Below are positions 46,604 to 56,620 of a stretch of 64,000 bases of DNA, piece after piece. Below the pieces are notes generated by a model. That model was not told where the DNA came from. It searched no databases and was given only the letters and a program-made list of their open reading frames with translations. The translations under genes were made by a program, and so were the position numbers. Every line of letters starts with the position of its first letter. Position 1 is the stretch's first letter. The DNA is taken from contig CAZAOY010000002.1 of assembly GCA_964486925.1 (NCBI GenBank), positions 14,226 to 78,225 of the forward strand, given 5' to 3'. The stretch comes from an uncultured Oscillospiraceae bacterium. Its GTDB lineage: Bacteria; Bacillota; Clostridia; Oscillospirales; Ruminococcaceae.

Positions 46604-48518
46604 ACACCGCTTTAATCCTTACTATCTCTGATGATTTTTCCGCCATACCCTCAAAGGTTAACCCTATGTTAGTAAGCTCATCCGCTGTCATTAGCTTTGT
46701 TACACCGCTGTCGGTAAAGGATACCTCATATCTATCGCTAGTTAGTCCCATTAGCTTTACCGTCTGGGTAGGGCTAGCGCCTTTTAGCCTAAAGGCAAAT
46801 ACTAGGCTATCACCGTTTTTAGCGCTAAAGGCAAATGCAGGGAATCGCTCTCCGCCGTCCTTTAGCGGCTGTGCGGTTAGGCGGTAGACGTCACCGTGAC
46901 GGATAAAGTCCTTTGAGATACTGTTATAGAACTGCACATGCTCGGCTATGCGGTTGCGACACCAGTCAGGCATTGCTTTAAAGTCGTAGGAGAACCCTAA
47001 AACCCCCATTAGTGCGGCGCGTATTATAAGGTCAAGCTCGGTCTTTGGCATATCCTTAGTAATAGGATGATGAACCCCGCAGTTATGGTCGCCAAAGGTT
47101 ACGTCCGACCAACTAAAGTGGAAGCAGACACTAGGATGTAGGTAGGATAACGCTCCCCAGTAGCATTGTAGGTGAAGGTCGGTAAAATCAGGGTCGCTTA
47201 GGAAGGTTATATGGGTGTGTGCTAACATCTCGATATCCCCACGTTGACCGCCCGAAGCGCAGTTTTCTAGGATTACCTTCGGATATTTTTGTCTTACATC
47301 GTCCAAGAATTTGTAGTATCCCTTATAGTGCGCATATAGTCCGTCGTCCTTGCCGTGGCCGTGGTTTTCGCAGTTACAGCCTGGGGCAGGGTTAAGGTTA
47401 AAGTCTAGCTTTATCCAGGTTGCACCGTACTCGGCGATAATCCTGTCCATTACCCCCATCGCCCATTCACGCACAGCTTCACTGCCAAAGCAGAGGTAGC
47501 CTAAGCTTTCGCCGTCACGTTTTGCCACAAAGTGCGGGTGGGTGGTGTTAAGCTTAGCGTCCTTGCCGATAGCCTCAATCTCGCACCAGATACCGGGGTT
47601 AATCCCACCCTCACGAGCCTTATCGCAGAGGGATTTCATACCAGATTTAAACCGTACGGTGTTTATGACCTCCCAGTCCCCACGTTTAGAGAACCACTCC
47701 TCAGGTGCGTCCTTGGTTTCCTCGCCAAACCAGCCCGCATCCATCATGGTATGGGTACAGCCTATCTCCTTAGCGAGCATGCTGTTACTCTGGAACACAT
47801 CCTCGTTAACAAGCCTATCCTCATACACCCACCATGTATTCACTTCAACTGGTAATTCTGGGAAGCTTTGCTCATCAAATACCGTTACATATTCCTTAAA
47901 GTACCGTCTAATGTCAAGACAGGCAAGCTCTGCTACATCGGCATAGGCGATGTAGAGCGGGGCATTTGTAAAGGAGTCACCTGAATTTACTACGGTGGTA
48001 AAGTTTTCGGATGAGATACCCATTAATACGGTACAGCCGTTAGCTGTAGGGGTTACTACACAGTCCCAACATCCCGACCAACCTAGCGTAAAGCAGGTTG
48101 CCCCGCTGTCGGCGGTTAGCTGTGCGAATGGGATATGTTCCCCACAGGAGCGGCCGTTAGTCCCGCCAAACCAGAGCGGTTTATCCGCTACCGCTGATTT
48201 TGGATGGTATTCGTTACCCCATCCCGAGCCGTAGTAGTCCAGGGTAGGGGGTGTACTGCTTGCTACAGTACCACCTAGGTGTAGCTTAGATACGCTAACC
48301 GCTCTATTTGAGTTGTTAATTAGTGTAGCGCTGTATCGGGCGGTAGAGTATCTTGGATCGTATTCCTCCGTTATAGTTATAAAGCAGTTTTCATACCCTT
48401 CTATCGCCTGCTGATATTCGTTTTTGTTAAGACCCTTTAGTCCTTTCCTACCTTTGAGGGTTAACTCGTAGGAATGCTGTTTACCTTCAATTATTAAGCT
48501 GTATACAAACTGCTTCAT
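46593..48518 (-). CDS. GH36-like glycoside hydrolase (alpha-galactosidase family)
   Basis: 641 aa. MMDAGWFGE...RGDW...FKSGMKSLCDKAREGGINPGIWCEIE...HPHF, then WIKLDFN and ENCASGGQRGD. These parallel the GH36 motifs (DDGWF, GLWxEPE, KWDxN, ENCSGGGGR). Confidence 0.7.
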   Translation of the reverse strand: MKQFVYSLIIEGKQHSYELTLKGRKGLKGLNKNEYQQAIEGYENCFITITEEYDPRYSTARYSATLINNSNRAVSVSKLHLGGTVASSTPPTLDYYGSGWGNEYHPKSAVADKPLWFGGTNGRSCGEHIPFAQLTADSGATCFTLGWSGCWDCVVTPTANGCTVLMGISSENFTTVVNSGDSFTNAPLYIAYADVAELACLDIRRYFKEYVTVFDEQSFPELPVEVNTWWVYEDRLVNEDVFQSNSMLAKEIGCTHTMMDAGWFGEETKDAPEEWFSKRGDWEVINTVRFKSGMKSLCDKAREGGINPGIWCEIEAIGKDAKLNTTHPHFVAKRDGESLGYLCFGSEAVREWAMGVMDRIIAEYGATWIKLDFNLNPAPGCNCENHGHGKDDGLYAHYKGYYKFLDDVRQKYPKVILENCASGGQRGDIEMLAHTHITFLSDPDFTDLHLQCYWGALSYLHPSVCFHFSWSDVTFGDHNCGVHHPITKDMPKTELDLIIRAALMGVLGFSYDFKAMPDWCRNRIAEHVQFYNSISKDFIRHGDVYRLTAQPLKDGGERFPAFAFSAKNGDSLVFAFRLKGASPTQTVKLMGLTSDRYEVSFTDSGVTKLMTADELTNIGLTFEGMAEKSSEIVRIKAVYEG

Positions 48519-48535
48519 CTATCTCTCCTTATGGG

Positions 48536-50809
48536 TTAAATTGTAATCTCCTCGCCGTTAAAGCTGATAGTTATGCTATCCCCTTCAAGACGCGTTGCGG
48601 TAGCACTGTCCTTGCTTACTTTAATCTCAATCATCCGTCCTAGGTAGAAAACCCTAAAGCTGTAGCCCTCTAGCTCGGTTGGAAGCATTGTGTTAAAGAT
48701 TAGCTTTCCGCTGTCGGTACGCATACCTGCAAAGCCGTTTACCACGCACATCCATGAACCCGCCATGCTTGCGGCATGGATACCGTCACTTGTGTTGCGG
48801 TGCATATCGTGGTAGTCGGTTAGGGCGGTGTGTTCAAAGTGCTTAAAGGCGTCGTTGGTTCTGCCGATCTCGCAGGCTACTATCGAGAAGATAGCGGCGG
48901 AGAGTGAGCTGTCGTGGGTGGTTAACGGCTCATAGAAGTCGTAGTCACGTGCCTTTTGCTCCTTTGTAAACTTACTGCTGCATAAAAACTCCGCAAGCAC
49001 TGTATCAGCCTGTTTGCAGACCTGATGACGGTAGATAACAAGCGGGTGGTAGTGGATTAGCAGTGGGTAGTTCTCTTTAGGGGTGTTTGCAAAGTCCCAC
49101 GGCGCTTTATCCAAAAAGCTGTCGTCTTGAAGGTTAATCCCTAGCTTCTCATCGTACGGAAGATAGATGTTCTCGCCCGCTTTACGCCACTCTGACAACT
49201 CATGATTCTTTAGTGAGATTTTATCCGCAAGTGCTTTGTAGGCGGCTTCATCCTCTGATTTTAGCTTTTCTAGCATATCTGCGGCAAAGAGCAGATTTTC
49301 GCTTGCCAGTAGGTTTGTATAGAAGTTGTTGTTTACAATCGCTGTATATTCATCAGGCCCTGTAACGCAGTTTATGCAGAATTTGCCACCCTTTGTAGGG
49401 ATGTATGAGCCTAGGTCGTTCCATAGACGTGCGGTTTCCGCTAGGATTTCGCAACCCATCTTTACCATAAAGTCGTTGTCGTTGGTTGCAAGGTAGTAGC
49501 GTTTTAGCGCAAACACTACGTCGGCATTAATATGGTACTGTGCCGTTCCCGCAGGGAAGTAGGCGGAGCATTCATCACCGTCGATGGTGCGCCATGGGTA
49601 TAATGCACCGATATCGTGCGCCATCTCTCTTGCACGGTTTCTTGCCTTTGGTAGGATGTTGTATCGGTACTCCAGTAGCTTTTTGCTAATACTAGGGTCG
49701 GTGTGTAGGAAGAACGGTAGGATGTAGGTTTCGGTATCCCAGAAGTAGTGGCCTTCGTAGCCTTCGCCCGTAAGTCCCTTAGCGGCGATGTTTGTATGAC
49801 CGTCACGTCCTACCGACTGTAGTAGGTGGAACACATTAAGCTTCATAGCGCAGTTTAGGGTGTCATTCCCCTTAATCTCAACCGCCGCACCCTGCCAAAA
49901 CTCGTCATAGTATCCACGTTGTTCGGTTATTAGGGTATCAAAACCGACAGCTTTAGCGTCCTCTAGTGCTTGTACCGCCGACTGGTAGGCTTTGTTTGTA
50001 TCGGTAAAGCGGTCGTCGCTGTAGGCGATTAGCTTTGTTAGGGTAAAGGTGTTATCCTGTGTTAAATTTGGCTTTATTATGGTGCGAACCTCAAGGGTAT
50101 CGGTTTCTGCTGTGATAGTACAATCAGCGCTAACCTCATGGTGTACAAGGCAGTGTACGGTGAATTTAGTATTTTTGGTGATGGAGGAGATCGAGAGGTC
50201 AGCGCCGTTAGCCTTAACCGTGGTAGGGGAGAGGACACGACCGCTAAAGCCCGCACCTACACGAGGATCATCCTCCGCTACCATGTTGGTAACGTTACCG
50301 TTAATGGCAGAGGTTATGGTAACCTCACCCGAGAAGTTAAGCGGGGTAACGCTGTAGCTAATCGCCGCAATCGACTGGCGGGTCATGCTAACTAGGCGGG
50401 TACTGCAAAGCTTTAGCTTTTTGCCGCTACCTAACGTCACAGTCACGCTACGGGTTAGCACCCCACCCTGCATATCAAGCTCACGGCTGTAGTCGCTAAG
50501 CTTAGACGAAAACAGATCCACTACCTCGCCGTCAACCGACATCTTAATAGGCTTTGCGTCGATCACGTTTAGCAGTGTCTGCCCCTTATCGGGGAAACCA
50601 TAAGCACTTTCACCGTATAGAATCTTCTCGCTTTCATAAAAACCATTTAGATAGGTTCCGTCTGTAGATATTTTAGGGTCGTTACAGCCCTCCTCAAAGT
50701 TACCTCTAAACCCGATATAACCATTTGCTAGGGTAAAGAGCGTTTCATTCTTTTTAAATGCGGATCTATCAAGGGAACTTTCTTTATAGATGTATTCGTT
50801 ATTTGCCAT
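48536..50809 (-). CDS. GH65-family glycoside phosphorylase/hydrolase (kojibiose/nigerose/maltose phosphorylase family)
   Basis: 757 aa. FTLANGYIGFRGNFEE near the N-terminus and the hallmark KGLTGEGYEGHYFWDTETYILPFF. Confidence 0.9.
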   Translation of the reverse strand: MANNEYIYKESSLDRSAFKKNETLFTLANGYIGFRGNFEEGCNDPKISTDGTYLNGFYESEKILYGESAYGFPDKGQTLLNVIDAKPIKMSVDGEVVDLFSSKLSDYSRELDMQGGVLTRSVTVTLGSGKKLKLCSTRLVSMTRQSIAAISYSVTPLNFSGEVTITSAINGNVTNMVAEDDPRVGAGFSGRVLSPTTVKANGADLSISSITKNTKFTVHCLVHHEVSADCTITAETDTLEVRTIIKPNLTQDNTFTLTKLIAYSDDRFTDTNKAYQSAVQALEDAKAVGFDTLITEQRGYYDEFWQGAAVEIKGNDTLNCAMKLNVFHLLQSVGRDGHTNIAAKGLTGEGYEGHYFWDTETYILPFFLHTDPSISKKLLEYRYNILPKARNRAREMAHDIGALYPWRTIDGDECSAYFPAGTAQYHINADVVFALKRYYLATNDNDFMVKMGCEILAETARLWNDLGSYIPTKGGKFCINCVTGPDEYTAIVNNNFYTNLLASENLLFAADMLEKLKSEDEAAYKALADKISLKNHELSEWRKAGENIYLPYDEKLGINLQDDSFLDKAPWDFANTPKENYPLLIHYHPLVIYRHQVCKQADTVLAEFLCSSKFTKEQKARDYDFYEPLTTHDSSLSAAIFSIVACEIGRTNDAFKHFEHTALTDYHDMHRNTSDGIHAASMAGSWMCVVNGFAGMRTDSGKLIFNTMLPTELEGYSFRVFYLGRMIEIKVSKDSATATRLEGDSITISFNGEEITI

Positions 50810-50816
50810 AGTTAAT

Positions 50817-52961
50817 CTACCTTCCTTTATTAATTATAATCTCTTTATCGGTCACAAGCTTTACTGTATATGGACAGTCACTCGAAACCTTAACATCATA
50901 TACACCGTTCTTGTAGCTAAAGTCGATTGTAGCTTCACCCACACGGATGTTTTTAAGCTCCATACTGTTCCATTCCTTTGGTACTGCTGGTTTAATAACT
51001 ATAGTATTGCTGATAAGCTGTGGATTAATCCCCGCAAAGCATTCTACAACCGGAACTAACATAGAATACACCGTCCAAGCTTGGGTAAAACAGCCGTAGT
51101 CAGGTGACATCTCGGTAATGGAGTTTGGCATTACCAGAGAGAAGGTTTTGCACATGCGTTTTAGCAGTGCAAGAGCGCTGTCGGTTCTGCCGTTTCGTCC
51201 TAGCGCTACTGCGTGAACCCCTGTAGAGATGGTCATGGTGTTAGCGTGCATAAATCCTGCTAGGTATGTGCCGTATTCACCGATATATTCATCCGAGTCC
51301 ATTACATCTAGTGCACGGTCTGTATGCTCTTTAGTAGCGATTAGCGTTTCCATCGGGATTAGGATAACCCAGTTTTTGTTGATTACCACAGGGGTATCTT
51401 CATCTTGTGGTAGGGTTTTCATCCTATCCTTTAGATTTTCAAGGTACCGGTTGTATACAGGGGTGATTGTACCTGTATAACGCTCGTCATGCTGTAGTAT
51501 CTCGATACTGCGGATTATCTCGGATGGTGTTCCGACTGCGTCTATAAAGGTACCCTGCTCATCGTCCCATAGGCGGGTGTTTATTATCTCTTTTAGCTTG
51601 TTAGCGGTGGTTAGATACCACTTGCTATCCTTGGAAAACAGCTTTGCCATGTCTGCCATGTCATACAGCGCCTTACAGGTGTAGACAGCGGTGTCGATAA
51701 GCTCTGCGCTAAGGCCTTGTATCTCGATAATACCGTATCCGCTAGGTAATAGGTCGTTATCCTTATCCATTATATCCAGTAGCCAGTGGATACCCTTTTC
51801 GCAGTAGTCGTAAAGCTCCCTTACGGTATCGATATCTCCTGTCCAACGTAGGTAGTTGTACACCGCTGTGATGTAGTGGGCGGTTTCTTGGCTGTTTCCT
51901 GGGTTTGAGATTTTACCGTTACTGGTAATCTCGTGGACGATTCGTCCGTTATTGTTGTGGGATACGCTATAATCGTGTAGTAGCTTTAGAGTTTGCTTTG
52001 CAAGGGTAAACTCACCCATTGCTAAAAGTCCCTGTATCGAGTAAGAATTATCACAACCAAACCACCATAGGTATTCCGGAGCACCTGCCGATAGCGCTCT
52101 GCCGTACTCCCCGCAGTCGCTGATTAACCAGTCGGTATTAAACTTTACCCATTTAAAGATGTTATCAAACTCTTTATCGCTTGTGGTTAGCTTTGTCTGC
52201 AAATCAATATCTTTGTAGCGATCAATCTTAACCTGTAATAGGGAGGTGTCCTTTAGGGTTTCAAGCTCACAAAGCAGCTGATCCTTTGTGGTAAAAGACC
52301 CTGCTATGTAGTAGTAAACGGAGGTTTCGCCATCAATAGTTATGGTAGAGGAAAGCTTAGCACTTACACCATTGCTTTTAGTTTTGTGAGGGGAAAACTG
52401 CTCTTTAGAGATAATAGCCTTGGTATTAACACTGCTACCTACCCCGCCAAACCAGTTATGTCCGTTATCCTTAGCGATAACGTATCCACCCTCTACCTCG
52501 GCAGAATCCTCGCAGTCCTCTATCCCGCTCTCTTTAGAGTACCAGACAGGCAGGATATCAAAGTTAACCACAAAATCAAGGTTAATTGTAGTAGGAGTAC
52601 TGCTGTTAAAGGTGTAACGCACCACCACCCCGCGAGCGTTATCAGGGGAGTACTGAAACCTTGTGTACTCGATACCGTTAGAGTTATACAAAAACTCGTT
52701 GCCGTACGGTAGGGTTTTATAGGAGGAGGCTTTATCAAAGCTACCGTTTACCCCTAGCCAAAATCCGTCCGCTACCTTTATTGGATGTGTCCAGACACCG
52801 CCCATCTCATCGGGTAGGTGATGGCCGAAATCGTAAAAGTTACCGTCCTGCCAGCCGATGGTTTTACATCCTTCACCTGAGGTAGCATACTGGTACTTTC
52901 TATTGTTTGTACTGTCGATTTTTATGTCGAAAAAATGCTCATCATGTCCGTTTTTAATCAT
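50817..52961 (-). CDS. (alpha/alpha)6-barrel glycoside hydrolase, glycogen-debranching-enzyme (GDE_C)-like
   Basis: 714 aa. YLWWFGCDNSYSIQGLLAMGEF...GRIVHEI...ETAHYITAVYNYLRWTGD resembles the WFGRD...G.IPH...Y..TGD pattern of amylo-alpha-1,6-glucosidase-type domains. Confidence 0.6.
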   Translation of the reverse strand: MIKNGHDEHFFDIKIDSTNNRKYQYATSGEGCKTIGWQDGNFYDFGHHLPDEMGGVWTHPIKVADGFWLGVNGSFDKASSYKTLPYGNEFLYNSNGIEYTRFQYSPDNARGVVVRYTFNSSTPTTINLDFVVNFDILPVWYSKESGIEDCEDSAEVEGGYVIAKDNGHNWFGGVGSSVNTKAIISKEQFSPHKTKSNGVSAKLSSTITIDGETSVYYYIAGSFTTKDQLLCELETLKDTSLLQVKIDRYKDIDLQTKLTTSDKEFDNIFKWVKFNTDWLISDCGEYGRALSAGAPEYLWWFGCDNSYSIQGLLAMGEFTLAKQTLKLLHDYSVSHNNNGRIVHEITSNGKISNPGNSQETAHYITAVYNYLRWTGDIDTVRELYDYCEKGIHWLLDIMDKDNDLLPSGYGIIEIQGLSAELIDTAVYTCKALYDMADMAKLFSKDSKWYLTTANKLKEIINTRLWDDEQGTFIDAVGTPSEIIRSIEILQHDERYTGTITPVYNRYLENLKDRMKTLPQDEDTPVVINKNWVILIPMETLIATKEHTDRALDVMDSDEYIGEYGTYLAGFMHANTMTISTGVHAVALGRNGRTDSALALLKRMCKTFSLVMPNSITEMSPDYGCFTQAWTVYSMLVPVVECFAGINPQLISNTIVIKPAVPKEWNSMELKNIRVGEATIDFSYKNGVYDVKVSSDCPYTVKLVTDKEIIINKGR

Positions 52962-53057
52962 TTTAACTCCCTATATGTCCAATCCCCTGTCATAATCACT
53001 TTAAATTATGACAGGGGAATGACTAGATTAATTTATTATTGTTCTTGTTTTTAAACC

Positions 53058-54569
53058 TTATTGAGCCGCGATCCATGCATCGATCTGAGTTTGAGCTTCA
53101 GCAATTAGATCCTGAAGTCCAGCCGCATCAAGTTTTTTCTTAAATTCGTCATTAACCTTGTTGATGTCGATAACGCCCTTGCCTAGGTTTTCCATATATT
53201 CGTCCATTACAACGCCGATCTGGCTAACCTGTGCTTTAGTCTTGCTTTGGTCGTATACAAAACCAACAAACTTAGTAACTTCGGAATCCTTATCCCAGTT
53301 CTTTAGCATTTCAATGTCTGATTTAGGGTATTTTGCAGAGAAACGTGCTAGACGGATATCATTCCACATCCAGGTGTTCATGTTGTACTTGTCCGCATCA
53401 GCAGTAGCGCTTACATCAACAGCACCATCAGCTAGCTTGTAGTTAACGCCTTCAACACCGTATGACCATAGATCGTAGTTTGCTTGATCCTTCTTAATCC
53501 AGTTAATGAAAGCTACTGCTTCATTAGGGTTCTTGCTTGAAGAAGGAACTGCTAGCATGTTATCCCCTGCAAGGAAGATTCTGCTAACCTCCGGAGTGAA
53601 CTTAACTGTTTCAACCTTACCATCCGGTACGTTACCTAGGAAGGTGTCGATACGTTCAGAAGCTCTCATAGCGTTTGAAGGAACTGCCGCAACCTGACCG
53701 TAGTCAAATCCTGTATCAGGGCTTTCAACCTTAGTGGTGTCAGCTGCGATATAACCTTTGTCACGCCATTCTTTAATCTTAGTGTAAGCCTTTGTAAAGC
53801 CTTCAGATCCTACAGTAGAGTATACCTTGTTATCAGCAGGATCTACATAGATTGGACGTGCACTACCGTCACCGATAGGGTAGAAGTAGTTTGCGTATAC
53901 TGGCATAAACTGATTAAAGTTTACTGCACACATAGGGATCATATCTTTTTCGTTTTTAACGATTGCTTCAAGATATTTTTCCATACCTTCGACAGTGGTA
54001 ATTGGTTCGATGTTGTATTTTTCTCTTAGATCACCACGGATGTCAAAAGTACTTGCAAAGTCGGTCATTGGGATAACACGAGGGAAAGCGTAAAGCTTAC
54101 CGTTAACCATACCACCCTTTAGGATGTAGTCAGGGGTATTTGCCTTAAGGTCAGCGCCGTTTTGTGCAAACGCTTCGTCGATAGGCTGATAAACCTTCTT
54201 AGCTACTAGGTCTGATAGGGTAGAAGCATGTGCCCAAGCGATATCGTATACAGTACCGCCTGCGGTATCAAGTGCTAGCTTGTTCCAGTAGTCATCTGCA
54301 AACTTAACGGTAACGTTAATGTTAAGTCCGTCTGCAACCAGCTTTTCATTTACAGCTTTAGTTACAGCCGCCGCTCCGCTAGATTCAGTACCAGGGAAGA
54401 TTGCTGTTAGGTTTACAACCTCACCGCCATTTGCTTTTGATGAGCTGCCTTCACCTGCCGCACTGCTAGAACTTCCAGAGCTGCTAGAGCTACTAGAGCC
54501 ACATCCTGCAAGTGCTGTTGCAGCTAGTGAAGCCGCAATCAAAAATGCTGATAGTTTCTTAAATTTCAT
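53058..54569 (-). CDS. ABC transporter extracellular solute-binding lipoprotein (large LplA-type)
   Basis: 503 aa. Signal peptide with lipobox LAGCGS, followed by a poly-Ser linker. Operon position is upstream of the hydrolases and downstream of two permeases. Confidence 0.85.
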   Translation of the reverse strand: MKFKKLSAFLIAASLAATALAGCGSSSSSSSGSSSSAAGEGSSSKANGGEVVNLTAIFPGTESSGAAAVTKAVNEKLVADGLNINVTVKFADDYWNKLALDTAGGTVYDIAWAHASTLSDLVAKKVYQPIDEAFAQNGADLKANTPDYILKGGMVNGKLYAFPRVIPMTDFASTFDIRGDLREKYNIEPITTVEGMEKYLEAIVKNEKDMIPMCAVNFNQFMPVYANYFYPIGDGSARPIYVDPADNKVYSTVGSEGFTKAYTKIKEWRDKGYIAADTTKVESPDTGFDYGQVAAVPSNAMRASERIDTFLGNVPDGKVETVKFTPEVSRIFLAGDNMLAVPSSSKNPNEAVAFINWIKKDQANYDLWSYGVEGVNYKLADGAVDVSATADADKYNMNTWMWNDIRLARFSAKYPKSDIEMLKNWDKDSEVTKFVGFVYDQSKTKAQVSQIGVVMDEYMENLGKGVIDINKVNDEFKKKLDAAGLQDLIAEAQTQIDAWIAAQ

Positions 54570-54636
54570 GTTTACTCTCCTTTGGAATTAAATTTATGAA
54601 TATGCCTTGGTAGGCAAAACCAATAAAGTTATGAAG

Positions 54637-55512
54637 TTAACCCTTAACCGCACCAACCATAATACCTTTAACAAAGTATTTTTGAACGAATGGATATAGT
54701 AGTACGATCGGTCCGATAGTGATAAATAGTGTTGCGATCTGGAAGGTTTGTGCCGGGATTTCAATGTTACCCATCGACCCATTCTGGCGTATAAAGTCGA
54801 TAATCGACTGGATACGATACAGCATGTACTGTAGTGGATATAGGGTTTTGTCATTGATAAACCATAGCGCAAGACCCCAGTCATTCCAGTACCCTAGTCC
54901 TATAAATAGCGATACCGTCGCAAGGATTGGGGTAGAAAGCGGAAGGATGATTGAGAAGAATGTCTTTAGGATTGAACATCCGTCAATCTCTGCGCTTTCA
55001 ACAAGTGAAGGCGGGATGGTTTTAAAGTAGTTTCTCATTAAGAAAACGTTAAACGGTGAAACAAGCATTGGTAGTATTAACGCCCAGATTGAGTCGGTTA
55101 GCTTTAAAACCTGTGTACATACCAGATACCACGGTAAAAGACCCGCGCTGAAAACCATTGGTATGTAGAAGAACATCGAGATTTTATCTCTGTATTTAAC
55201 ACGTTGGATTGATAGGGCATAACCCGCCATACCACATGCAATCAGTGATAGCACAGTACCCACTACCGTAACAACTATCGATACACCGTATGCAGAATAG
55301 ATTGAACTATCCTGAAACACCAGCTTGTATGACTGTAAAGAAAATTCTTCAGGTATTAGCTGATAACCGTTCTTTACAACGCTCATCTCACTGCTAAAGG
55401 ATACCATTAGTGTCAGCACTATTGGGTAAAGACAGATAAAAGCACCTATAAACAGGATTATATTTAGTATAACCTGAACCAGTGTCTCGTTTTTATCTTT
55501 GATTTGATTCAT
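54637..55512 (-). CDS. Carbohydrate ABC transporter permease (LplC-type)
   Basis: 291 aa, 6 TM. EAA-loop AEIDGCSILKTFFSIILPLS. Confidence 0.9.
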   Translation of the reverse strand: MNQIKDKNETLVQVILNIILFIGAFICLYPIVLTLMVSFSSEMSVVKNGYQLIPEEFSLQSYKLVFQDSSIYSAYGVSIVVTVVGTVLSLIACGMAGYALSIQRVKYRDKISMFFYIPMVFSAGLLPWYLVCTQVLKLTDSIWALILPMLVSPFNVFLMRNYFKTIPPSLVESAEIDGCSILKTFFSIILPLSTPILATVSLFIGLGYWNDWGLALWFINDKTLYPLQYMLYRIQSIIDFIRQNGSMGNIEIPAQTFQIATLFITIGPIVLLYPFVQKYFVKGIMVGAVKG

Positions 55513-55534
55513 ACGATTACTCCTTTGTATTTTT

Positions 55535-56479
55535 TTAGAACAGAGCGCTATCCTTATCGTAAAGCTTAACTAGCTGATTAGAGCCCCAAACAAGGATAAA
55601 TCCTACCACCGATTGATACAAGCTTACCGCCGCTGTAGGGCCAAAGTCTGCCGCTTGCTTAATAGCACGGAATATGTAGGTGTCGATAACATCGGTGTAC
55701 TTAAATAGTAGACCGTTATCGCCGATAATGGAGTATATTGTTCCAAAATCTCCTCGGAGCATACCACCAATACTTAATAAAAGTAGTGTTATAATAGTAG
55801 GGGTAAGCATTGGAAGGGTTATAGCCTTAATCTGTTGCCAACGTGTAGCACCGTCTAGTGACGCCGCTTCGTATAGCTGTTCATCGATACCTGTAATGCT
55901 TGCAAGGTATACTATTGAGGAGTAACCCGTACCCTTCCATATACCGGTAAAGATAATAATCCAAGGCCATGGTTCTGCTATCTGTGACCATACTATAGGA
56001 TCTCCTCCAAATAACGCTACGATCTGGTTTGCAATACCCATCTGGTCGGAGAATACAATCTTTGTAACAAGCTTCCCGATAACAACCGCAGAGAAGAAGT
56101 ATGGTAAAAACATTGCATTCTGATAGAATTTCTTTGCCACGCCGTTACGGATTTCATTTAGTATTATCGCTACCGATACACTGATAAATGTTCCCAGTAC
56201 TATACTGGCTGCATTTAGGAATATGGTATTTAGTGTTGTTCTTGCAAAGTAAACGCTAGAAAAGTAGAATTTAAAGTTGTCAAGCCCAACAAATTCACTT
56301 TGGAATTTGTCTACAAAGTTGAAGTTTTGAAACGCAACGATTATACCGGGTAGGGGAAGATACGCAAATAGAAACAGTATCGCCGCCGCTGGCACAATCA
56401 TAAGGTAGTATCCCCAATTTCGCTTCATCTCGGATAGGAATGTTTCTTTTCTAATAGTATTTTTTGCCACTGTGATCAA
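55535..56479 (-). CDS. Carbohydrate ABC transporter permease (LplB-type)
   Basis: 314 aa, 6 TM. EAA-loop EAASLDGATRWQQIKAITLPML. Confidence 0.9.
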   Translation of the reverse strand: MITVAKNTIRKETFLSEMKRNWGYYLMIVPAAAILFLFAYLPLPGIIVAFQNFNFVDKFQSEFVGLDNFKFYFSSVYFARTTLNTIFLNAASIVLGTFISVSVAIILNEIRNGVAKKFYQNAMFLPYFFSAVVIGKLVTKIVFSDQMGIANQIVALFGGDPIVWSQIAEPWPWIIIFTGIWKGTGYSSIVYLASITGIDEQLYEAASLDGATRWQQIKAITLPMLTPTIITLLLLSIGGMLRGDFGTIYSIIGDNGLLFKYTDVIDTYIFRAIKQAADFGPTAAVSLYQSVVGFILVWGSNQLVKLYDKDSALF

Positions 56480-56550
56480 CCTTTCTTTATTTAATTTTTG
56501 GCTTTTTAATTAGCTTTATCACCTCTTTCAATGGTAAATATTAGGTATTT

Positions 56551-56579
56551 TCAAAAACGTTTTCGCAAAATCGTTTTTG
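56551..56579. promoter_or_regulatory. Two adjacent LacI/CcpA-type operator-like palindromes
   Basis: TCAAAAACGTTTTC (56551-56564) and CAAAATCGTTTTTG (56566-56579). Both are CG-centred A4/T4 palindromes, lying between lacI-family gene and the transporter operon. Confidence 0.4.
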
Positions 56580-56620
56580 TAAATGCGGACAAAAAATAGC
56601 CAAGCTATGATTTGTGCGCA

